This document shows positions 10,093 through 17,845 of a DNA stretch of 51,648 nt, one piece after another. This stretch comes from Clostridia bacterium. Its GTDB lineage: Bacteria; Bacillota; Clostridia; Oscillospirales; CAG-272. Positions within the stretch are counted from its first letter, which is position 1. Every line of letters starts with the position of its first letter. A program made the translations under genes and the position numbers. The stretch covers positions 1 to 51,648 of the forward strand of contig JAFUMU010000034.1 of the NCBI GenBank assembly GCA_017482495.1. The letters are read 5' to 3'. Below the pieces are notes generated by a model. That model saw nothing but the letters and a program-made list of their open reading frames with translations, searched no databases and was not told the origin of the DNA.

Positions 10093-11121
10093 TTATACAA
10101 CAGTTCCTCCGCCGATAACGATGTCGCCATCGTAGAAAACAACCGCCTGTCCCGGGGTTGCCGCCCTTTGGGGTTCATCGAATGTCACTCTAACTGTGTC
10201 ATCTGCTATAAGCTCCACCGTTGCGCCCTGCTCTGTGTGCCTATATCTTATCTTCGCCGCAGCTCTGAAGGGGAATGAAGGTGTGCTGTCGGCTATCCAG
10301 TTAAGGTCTTTTGCCACAACCGTTCTCGTAAAAAGCTCCTCATTTGATCCGAGAATGATCCTGTTATTCTCGGCGTCCTTTTCAAGAACATAGAGAGGTG
10401 TGTGTATACCGAGTCCAAGCTTTTTATGCTGACCTATAGTGTACCGTATGATACCCTTGTGTCTGCCCATGACCTTACCGTCACGAAGGACGAAGTCGCC
10501 CTCGGGAGGGATCTTGCTCGTATATCTTTCGATAAATCCAACATAATCTCCGTCGGGTACAAAGCAGATATCCTGGCTTTCCTTTTTCCCAGCATTACGT
10601 AGTGATGCTTCAAGAGCAAGCTCACGCACCTCGGATTTATCCATAGCGCCAAGAGGCAGGATAAGACGTGAGAGAACTTTCTGCGTCAGGTTATATAACA
10701 CATAGCTCTGGTCCTTTTGGGGATCCTTTCCCTTTTTAAGAAGGTATCTGTCACCGCATTTTTCTACTACAGCATAATGGCCCGTTGCAATTTTTTCAGC
10801 TCCAAGCGCTGTTGCTTTGTCTGCAAAAAGTCCAAACTTAAGCGTTTTATTGCAAACAATACAGGGATTAGGCGTTTCGCCTCTAAGATACGAGCTTACA
10901 AATTCTTCCATAACAAAACGTCGGAATTCCTCTCTCACATCAAGCACGTGAAAATCCATCCCCAGCGCCTGCGCTACCGCTCTCGCATCTGAAACACCGT
11001 CGCTGTCACATTCTCCGTGCATGACCATAGTTGCGCCGATGCACTCATATCCTGCCCTTTGCAGGCAAACAGCCGCCGCTGAGGAATCTACCCCTCCGCT
11101 CATACCAAGCAATACCTTCAT
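10093..11121 (-). CDS. mnmA: tRNA 2-thiouridine(34) synthase
   Basis: GMSGGVDSS, TPNPCIVCN, ATGHY, KDQSY, SQDICF, TPGQAVVFY. Confidence 0.97.
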   Translation of the reverse strand: MKVLLGMSGGVDSSAAAVCLQRAGYECIGATMVMHGECDSDGVSDARAVAQALGMDFHVLDVREEFRRFVMEEFVSSYLRGETPNPCIVCNKTLKFGLFADKATALGAEKIATGHYAVVEKCGDRYLLKKGKDPQKDQSYVLYNLTQKVLSRLILPLGAMDKSEVRELALEASLRNAGKKESQDICFVPDGDYVGFIERYTSKIPPEGDFVLRDGKVMGRHKGIIRYTIGQHKKLGLGIHTPLYVLEKDAENNRIILGSNEELFTRTVVAKDLNWIADSTPSFPFRAAAKIRYRHTEQGATVELIADDTVRVTFDEPQRAATPGQAVVFYDGDIVIGGGTVV

Positions 11122-11181
11122 AATTTCTCCTATAGAAAAGCGGCGCTAAAGACGCCGCTTTAAGTTATCATTTGCATTATC

Positions 11182-11613
11182 TCAGTCGCAATGACAGCAA
11201 TTAGAACAGCCGCTTTCTCCGAACAGGTCGGCATCGTATTCGATACCGTTTTTGTCGTAATAGTCCTTGATAGCCGCCTTAACTGCCTCCTCTGCAAGAA
11301 CAGAGCAATGGATCTTAACGGGGGGCAGTCCGTCGAGAGCCTCAACAACTGCCTTGTTTGTAAGTGTGAGGGCTTCGGAAACGGGCTTGCCCTTAATAAG
11401 CTCGGTTGCCATAGAGCTTGTTGCAATAGCGGATGCGCATCCAAATGTGTTGAACTTAACGTCAACTATACAGTCATCCTCTATCTTAAGATATATCTTC
11501 ATAATGTCGCCGCACTTTGCGTTACCAACCTCGCCAACGCCGTCGGCATTTTCTATTTTACCAACATTTCTGGGGTTCTGGAAATGATCCATAACCTTTG
11601 CACTGTATGCCAT
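11182..11613 (-). CDS. iscU: Fe-S cluster scaffold NifU/IscU
   Basis: MAYSAKVMDHFQNPRNVG, CGD, FGCASAIA, KIHCSVLAE; start after AGGAGA. Confidence 0.95.
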   Translation of the reverse strand: MAYSAKVMDHFQNPRNVGKIENADGVGEVGNAKCGDIMKIYLKIEDDCIVDVKFNTFGCASAIATSSMATELIKGKPVSEALTLTNKAVVEALDGLPPVKIHCSVLAEEAVKAAIKDYYDKNGIEYDADLFGESGCSNCCHCD

Positions 11614-11629
11614 CTCTATTTCTCCTGAA

Positions 11630-12811
11630 TTATAAAATTTCTTCTCCGCGAAGGATCTTTTCCCATACGGGGGACATTTCTCTAAGTCTTTCAACTACCT
11701 TGGGTACACATTCGATAATATGGTCTATCTCTGCGTCTGTTGTATATTCAGAAAAAGACAGACGAAGTGAGCCGTGAGCCACTGCGTGGGGAAGCCCCAA
11801 TGCAAGAAGCACGTGGCTGGGATCAAGTGAGCCGGATGTGCAGGCGGAACCGGACGATGCGGCAATTCCGTACATATCAAGCATAAGCAGAAGGCTTTCA
11901 CCCTCTATGCCCTGGAAGCACATATTAACGTTACCGGGAAGTCTCTTCACTCTATCGCCGTTAACTATTGTGCGGTCGATCTTTGAGAGGCTGTCTATAA
12001 GGCGGTCTCTCATTGCACAAAGCTTCTCAGCATTAGCGTCGATATTTGAAACAGCATCTTCAAGTGCTGTTGCCATACCCATAATAGCCGGAAGATTCTC
12101 CGTTCCCGCTCTCTTGCCCTTCTCCTGTGCGCCGCCGCTGATAAGGGATTCGATATATGCGCCTCTTCTGCAATAAAGAGCGCCGATACCCTTAGGTCCG
12201 TGGAACTTATGGGCTGAGATGGAAAGCATATCTATCTTCATTTCCTTAACGTCGATATGCAGATGACCTGCCGCCTGAACTGCGTCGGTATGGAATGTTA
12301 CCTTTCTTTCGCGGCACACTTCACCGATCTCGGCGATAGGCATTACTGTACCTATCTCGTTATTTGCGAACATAACTGTTACAAGGCAGGTGTCATCACA
12401 TATAGCTTCCTTAACCTGCTCTGCTGTTATAAGACCGCTTTTGTCAACATCAAGCAGAGTGATCCTATAGCCTTCCTTTTCAAGGCGGTCAAGTGTGTGA
12501 AGAACGGCGTGATGCTCGATCTTTGTGGAAATAATATGCTTCTTATTCTTCTTTGCTCCGAAATGAGCGGCAGAGATTATAGCCTGGTTATCAGCCTCGC
12601 TTCCGCCGGATGTGAAATATATCTCACCTGCGTCGGCGCCGATACAACCGCCTATTCTCTCTCTTGCCTCCATAAGCGCCTCAGCCGCTGACTGACCGAA
12701 GGAGTGGAGGCTGGACGGATTTTCATATTCCGCGTCCATATATTTGATCATTTCCGCCTTCGCCCTCTCAGAAATAGGGGTCGTTGCGGCATTGTCTGCA
12801 TAAACTCTCAT
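11630..12811 (-). CDS. nifS: Cysteine desulfurase NifS/IscS
   Basis: DNAATT, NPSSLH, HTDAVQA, SAHKFHGPKG, SSGSACTSG. Confidence 0.96.
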   Translation of the reverse strand: MRVYADNAATTPISERAKAEMIKYMDAEYENPSSLHSFGQSAAEALMEARERIGGCIGADAGEIYFTSGGSEADNQAIISAAHFGAKKNKKHIISTKIEHHAVLHTLDRLEKEGYRITLLDVDKSGLITAEQVKEAICDDTCLVTVMFANNEIGTVMPIAEIGEVCRERKVTFHTDAVQAAGHLHIDVKEMKIDMLSISAHKFHGPKGIGALYCRRGAYIESLISGGAQEKGKRAGTENLPAIMGMATALEDAVSNIDANAEKLCAMRDRLIDSLSKIDRTIVNGDRVKRLPGNVNMCFQGIEGESLLLMLDMYGIAASSGSACTSGSLDPSHVLLALGLPHAVAHGSLRLSFSEYTTDAEIDHIIECVPKVVERLREMSPVWEKILRGEEIL

Positions 12812-12861
12812 ATTTTGTTACCTTCCCAAAGGCTTTTTTTCTGCCTTTCTATCAAATAAAT

Positions 12862-12890
12862 AGTATATCATTACTGTCACATTATGTCAA
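12862..12890 (-). promoter_or_regulatory. Sigma-A promoter of nifS-iscU-mnmA
   Basis: Minus strand TTGACA (12890-12885)-N17-TATACT (12867-12862). Confidence 0.75.
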
Positions 12891-13034
12891 TGTTTATTAC
12901 GCATTTTATTATACTACCGTTTTGGTAGGATTTCAATAGTATTTACTGTATTTTTGTTATTTTTTACATCCTGTATGGTAAAAATTCAAAATGTATGCTA
13001 CAATTATATCAACAATAATCAAGGGAGCGATAAT

Positions 13035-14063
13035 ATGTCCACAAAAGACGAGCTTATAGCCGCACAGCTTGAAGTGATACGCACCATGACCGAGCGCAAT
13101 ATGCGCAATCTGGGAACAGATCTTTTCGGAAGCACACCTTGTCACAATGATAAGGTGGAAGAAGAATCTGAAGAAAAAGCTGCCACCGTCTCTAAGGCAG
13201 AGGATACTGCCAAAAAAGAAGAAAAAACCGTGGAAGCCAAAAAAGAAGATATCGACTCTCTCAAAAAAGAGCTTGAAACATATATAGGTCTTGGAGAGGT
13301 AAAAAATGAAGTAAAGAGTCTTATCAATCTTGCAACGGTATATGCCCTTCGCAGAAATAACGACCTTCCCACACCCGAGATGTCCCTTCATCTTGTTTTC
13401 TCGGGTAATCCCGGTACCGGCAAAACAATGATAGCCCGCTTTATGGCAAGAGTTTATCATTCTTTGGGACTTCTGTCAAAGGGACAGCTCATTGAGGTGG
13501 ACCGTTCATCTCTTGTGGCAGGATACGTAGGTCAAACAGCGCAAAAGACCACTAAGGTGCTTGAAAGCGCCCTTGGCGGAGTTCTTTTTGTTGACGAGGC
13601 ATACTCCCTCACGTCCAAAAGCGAAAACGACTACGGCATGGAAGCAGTTGAGACTATCCTTAAATACATGGAGGATCACCGCGACGATATAATAATTATT
13701 ATCGCAGGCTACAGCGACCTTATGCAGGATTTTATCGACTCCAACCCCGGACTTCAATCCCGATTCAACAAATACATCGACTTTGCCGACTACACTCCCG
13801 AGGAAATGCTTGAGATATTTAAGCTCAATTGCAAAAAGGGACAGTACACCGTCTCTGATGGCGCTGAAAAGCTGCTGCTTGAATATTTCTGTGACTGCGC
13901 TCTTACTCCTGCCGACTTCGGCAACGCACGCGGCGTTAGAAACACATTTGAAAAGGTCATCTCCGCTCAGGCTAACAGAATTGCCGCTATGGCAAATGTC
14001 ACTCGCGACGACCTTGTTTCACTTACAGACGAAGACGTTAAAAACGCAATATCCGACACTTGA
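13035..14063 (+). CDS. SpoVK/CbbX-family AAA+ ATPase
   Basis: HLVFSGNPGTGKT, LVAGYVGQTA, GGVLFVDEAYSL, NPGLQSRF, FGNARGVRN; start MSTKD after AGGGAG. Confidence 0.9.
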   Translation: MSTKDELIAAQLEVIRTMTERNMRNLGTDLFGSTPCHNDKVEEESEEKAATVSKAEDTAKKEEKTVEAKKEDIDSLKKELETYIGLGEVKNEVKSLINLATVYALRRNNDLPTPEMSLHLVFSGNPGTGKTMIARFMARVYHSLGLLSKGQLIEVDRSSLVAGYVGQTAQKTTKVLESALGGVLFVDEAYSLTSKSENDYGMEAVETILKYMEDHRDDIIIIIAGYSDLMQDFIDSNPGLQSRFNKYIDFADYTPEEMLEIFKLNCKKGQYTVSDGAEKLLLEYFCDCALTPADFGNARGVRNTFEKVISAQANRIAAMANVTRDDLVSLTDEDVKNAISDT

Positions 14064-14108
14064 CACATTTGACGCTATGTGATAATATAAGACAAATAGT
14101 TTAAAGGA

Positions 14109-14891
14109 GTGAACACTATGGGAAGATTTCTCGGTTCCTATGACGGAGAAGAGATAGACCGCCCCGACCTCAATAAATGTCCCGACTGCGGATGCTTTTT
14201 TGCTTCCGACAACTGTCCCCTTTGCGGCAAGCCCTGCCCCGAAGAATTTCGTGCAGGCAACCGCAAGCCCCTTAAGAAGAAAAAGAAAAAAGGCAATTCC
14301 TCATCGAGGACTGTTACCTTTATAGACTGGTATCATCAGTGGTGGGTCATTATCCTTGCTCTGCTGTTTTTCCCTATCATGGGACTTATCCTGCTGTTCA
14401 CAAGTCCACACAAAAGATCGATCAAGATAGGAGTGGGCATTGTTGCCGTTGTGTGGGGACTTATTTCCGCCGTCGGCGTCGGAAATATTATAAACGGCAT
14501 CAATCGACTTACATATAAGCCTGTCGACACCTCACTTTCAAGAGATGAATATATCTCCGCCTGTGAAGCTGTGACAAATGAAGATTTTTACCGTAATTCC
14601 GAGGAATACAAGGGCAAACACCTTAGTCTTACACTGACCGTTTCGGAAAAAATACGGGACGCCGAGGCTGAATATACAGGCAACGATTATCCCGTTTACT
14701 ATGAATGCGTGGATGCTTCAGGTGCCACATTCACAATTCTTATCCGAGACTGTATTATCGACCGCTCGGAAAACTTTATTCCCGGAGATGTTATTACCGT
14801 CTACGGCGAGGGCGACGGCGAAATATCAGTTTATGATGAATTCTATGAGATGCACACCGCGCCCTGCCTTAATGTGGCGTATGTCGAGTGA
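14109..14891 (+). CDS. Membrane protein: N-terminal CxxC zinc ribbon, two TM helices, C-terminal soluble domain
   Basis: CPDCG...CPLCG, Lys-rich stretch, two hydrophobic helices; AAGGAG RBS. Confidence 0.75.
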   Translation: MNTMGRFLGSYDGEEIDRPDLNKCPDCGCFFASDNCPLCGKPCPEEFRAGNRKPLKKKKKKGNSSSRTVTFIDWYHQWWVIILALLFFPIMGLILLFTSPHKRSIKIGVGIVAVVWGLISAVGVGNIINGINRLTYKPVDTSLSRDEYISACEAVTNEDFYRNSEEYKGKHLSLTLTVSEKIRDAEAEYTGNDYPVYYECVDASGATFTILIRDCIIDRSENFIPGDVITVYGEGDGEISVYDEFYEMHTAPCLNVAYVE

Positions 14892-14955
14892 AAATATTAT
14901 TCGTTTTTTTCGGTGGAAACCTCTCTTTCGGAGCGAGAGCCCCCGCTTGTTTTTT

Positions 14956-15292
14956 CGGTGGAACCTCTCTTTCGCAGAGAGGTTCCACCGAGCCCCCTCC
15001 AGAGAACTTTGAATAAAGGCTAATTTTATATGGTGCGCTGAAGTTTGCGCATTCCCGTATGCGACCGTAGGTCGCCTGAAAAAGCAAAAGGATATTAAAA
15101 AAGGAAACAAGCTTCCTTTTTTAATATCCTTTTCTTTTCCTTATCCCCAATACACAGCATTGGGGCGGGAATGCTAACCTACCTTATACTGCTCCGAATA
15201 CCGTTTCGCTTTAGAATATTCTAACCACCCAAATACGCGTTTGTTTAAAAGGTTTGGGGGTCAAAGGGGGGATTTCCTTAAAATCCCCCCTT
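14956..15292. mobile_element. Multi-hairpin repeat element, copy B (core inverted relative to copy A)
   Basis: Left hairpin 14956-14990, preceded by a degenerate duplicate at ~14904-14940; closing stem gcattcccg (15049-15057)/cgggaatgc (15166-15174); right hairpin ending 15292. Confidence 0.7.
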
Positions 15293-15308
15293 AAATAAAA
15301 ACTAAATA

Positions 15309-15686
15309 TTACTCTTCAACCTTGTCATCAGCGATTTTCGTACCGCAGATAGGACAGAAGCCGTACTCGCTTGAAACCTGAGTACCGCATTCCTTGCAGA
15401 TAATGCCTCTCTGAACAGAAGCGAGCTGAGCCTTAAGCGCAGCGATCTTTGTTTTAAGCTCGTCAGCTTCAAGAAGAAGAGCCGCAACCTCAGCAGAATT
15501 ATCAACATCCTTGCGGAGTATCTCGTAGTAAAGCTCACCCATTTCCTGATAGCATTTTTCAAGCTTGCCAACCTCGCTGTGAATAGCCAGCTTCAGCTTG
15601 GCAATAGCAGTGATCTCTTCAGTTTTCTTAACGGTGAAAGCAGCAGCGTCCTTAGCGCCCTTGGAAATCTCTCCCCAGATAGCCAT
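15309..15686 (-). CDS. Coiled-coil protein with C-terminal zinc ribbon
   Basis: Helical N-terminus then CKECG...FCPICG; GAAAGGA RBS. Confidence 0.8.
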   Translation of the reverse strand: MAIWGEISKGAKDAAAFTVKKTEEITAIAKLKLAIHSEVGKLEKCYQEMGELYYEILRKDVDNSAEVAALLLEADELKTKIAALKAQLASVQRGIICKECGTQVSSEYGFCPICGTKIADDKVEE

Positions 15687-15826
15687 AATATATACCATTC
15701 CTTTCATAAAGGTTAATTTCTATATTAATTATATGCCATATTGATTAAAAAGTCAAAAACATATTGTAAATAGTTTAAAAAGCTTCAAAGCGGACAAAAT
15801 AATGTAAAACCACTTCGGAGCAAAAA

Positions 15827-16276
15827 ATGAATATTGATAAAAAAGCATATAAGAAATTTGCCACAGCAAGAGCCACAAAAACCAATTCGAAAAAAAACTG
15901 TACAAAAGCATTTCTCTTCGGCGGCACCATCTGCCTTATAGCCCAAGTGCTGAAGGATATATACAGCATATGGCAGGACGAAAAAACATCATCAACCCTG
16001 GTGTCAGTAACACTGATATTTATAACGGCACTGCTAACGGGCATCGGCGTTTTTGACCGCATAGCAAAGCACGCAGGAGCAGGCACGCTTGTCCCTATAA
16101 CGGGCTTTGCCAACGCAGTTGCCTCCCCCGCAGTAGACTCAAAGGGCGAGGGATTCGTCCTTGGCGTTGGTGCTAAAATATTCACTATAGCCGGCCCCGT
16201 CATCCTCTACGGCACCGCCGCAGGAGTGGCTTACGGGGGGATTTATTGGGTTATTAAATGCATAACGGGCGCCTGA
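15827..16276 (+). CDS. spoVAC: Stage V sporulation protein AC
   Basis: AFLFGGTICLIAQ, AGAGTLVPITGFANAV, GVGAKIFTIAGPVILYG. Confidence 0.92.
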   Translation: MNIDKKAYKKFATARATKTNSKKNCTKAFLFGGTICLIAQVLKDIYSIWQDEKTSSTLVSVTLIFITALLTGIGVFDRIAKHAGAGTLVPITGFANAVASPAVDSKGEGFVLGVGAKIFTIAGPVILYGTAAGVAYGGIYWVIKCITGA

Positions 16277-16302
16277 GTGCGCCCGTTACTACTATATAAA
16301 GC

Positions 16303-16821
16303 CTATTCTTTAACAATATTATCAGGAAATCTATACTCCATTAAAGTCGTATCTGCCCAATTACCAAATCGGTCTTTTGCAATTCGTTCTCTGTATCCAA
16401 TGGTTCTGAAACCACACTTATTATGTAGCTTGATACTGTTTTCGTTTGTTGAAAAAATAGAGGAGTACAAACACCATATACCAATTTTAGGTGCTTCCTC
16501 AATTAGTTTTTTAAGCAAAATCGTTCCTACACCGTTATTGTGAAATTGCTCTTCAACATATACCATTACTTCCATAACACCGGAATAATGGGATTTGTTT
16601 GAAACGGGACTTACAGCAGCAAATCCAATGATTTCATCGTTGTGTACGGCTACATATCTGCAATTTTTGATATGTGCTGCATCCCATTCTTCCCATATAG
16701 GATAAGCTGTAGTAAATGTTGTTTTGCCTGAGTCTATTCCTTGCTTATATATTTCAAGCACCTTGTCCCAATCTTCAAAAGCCATATTTCGTATAATTAC
16801 ATCACACGTATCAAAGCTCAT
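16303..16821 (-). CDS. GNAT N-acetyltransferase (phosphinothricin acetyltransferase-like)
   Basis: IYKQGI..TTF, GVGTILL, NENSIKLHNKCGFRTIG motifs. Confidence 0.88.
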   Translation of the reverse strand: MSFDTCDVIIRNMAFEDWDKVLEIYKQGIDSGKTTFTTAYPIWEEWDAAHIKNCRYVAVHNDEIIGFAAVSPVSNKSHYSGVMEVMVYVEEQFHNNGVGTILLKKLIEEAPKIGIWCLYSSIFSTNENSIKLHNKCGFRTIGYRERIAKDRFGNWADTTLMEYRFPDNIVKE

Positions 16822-16838
16822 ATTTGCACAACTCCTTT

Positions 16839-17102
16839 TTACTTTTCGAAATGAGATTTGATTTTTTCATTTTCCTCCGCATACATAATTGGTACGATTT
16901 CCATATCATCTTCATGCACAGAAATAGTAGCAATATCAGGTCTGTCATAGCATTGTGGAAAATTTACAAGCCAATATCCATTGATACATTCATCAAAGCA
17001 AATCCAACCGTACATTCCTTTGTGTACACCCTCTTTAGTGTACTTTTCTTTTTCAACTCTAATTCTTACACAATCCATTTCTTTCATTCTATTCATCTCC
17101 AT
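16839..17102 (-). CDS. Small protein resembling DUF4926; putative immunity/antitoxin
   Basis: MDCVRI...GVHKGMYGWI...LVNF...ISVHEDDMEIV pattern; overlaps the 3' end of the upstream gene. Confidence 0.6.
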   Translation of the reverse strand: MEMNRMKEMDCVRIRVEKEKYTKEGVHKGMYGWICFDECINGYWLVNFPQCYDRPDIATISVHEDDMEIVPIMYAEENEKIKSHFEK

Positions 17103-17646
17103 AAGGTGTTGCTAATTGTATATGGCCATCAGGACGGACCATCCATCCTGTTATAAAAGAGACTGTTCCCGAGCCGTCTTTTCTCGGTATTTCTACCCTT
17201 ATATTTATTCGCTGGCCGTTGCAGTCAAGTTTGTTCAGGGTATATTTACCGTTTATATATTTTTGCAAACCTTGTCTTTCTATTTCAGCTTTTAACCAAT
17301 TTGAGTCTTCTACTGTATATCCCCAACTTATAAACATATCTTCTTTATGATGAGAATAACTACCGTTGGTGTTAAAAAAATACGGATCAAACTTACTGTA
17401 AGCAGCATTGCTCGTACAGTTATACATAACGTTAACATACGGAATATCCACAAAAATACAATGGCAAAAGGGATGATGAGGCCATTTAAGAGTTTTTTCT
17501 TTCGCAAACCAACATTCGTGAAGCTTTAAACATATTTCACAATGAGTCTTTCCTGTATTTCGGTGAATCCAAACGTTCCATTCAGGTTCTTGCGGAATAG
17601 GCTTTCCACTGCTTGCAGCTTTTACAACTTGTGATAAATAGTCCAA
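17089..17646 (-). CDS. MuF-like Cys/His motif fused to DUF6883-like domain; putative toxin
   Basis: HCEICLKLH...PHHPFCHC resembles the phage MuF CxxC/PxHPxCxC motif; C-terminal KFDPYFFN...HKEDMFISWGY...TGWMV...LATPY resembles DUF6883. Confidence 0.65.
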   Translation of the reverse strand: MDYLSQVVKAASSGKPIPQEPEWNVWIHRNTGKTHCEICLKLHECWFAKEKTLKWPHHPFCHCIFVDIPYVNVMYNCTSNAAYSKFDPYFFNTNGSYSHHKEDMFISWGYTVEDSNWLKAEIERQGLQKYINGKYTLNKLDCNGQRINIRVEIPRKDGSGTVSFITGWMVRPDGHIQLATPYGDE

Positions 17647-17845
17647 TAGTTCTACCTTTCTTATTATAACATAAATTTGACCAAGTGTATACAGAGCTCT
17701 TTGCTTGTTCGTTTACTATTATAATTAGCGCTTTGATGCTTTTCTCCCAACGTGGAGTAACTGATGCGGTTATGCAAAAAATATTTTTCGATTATTCACC
17801 GAAAAATATATAACCCGTGGTATAATAAAGGCGAGGTGATGAACG

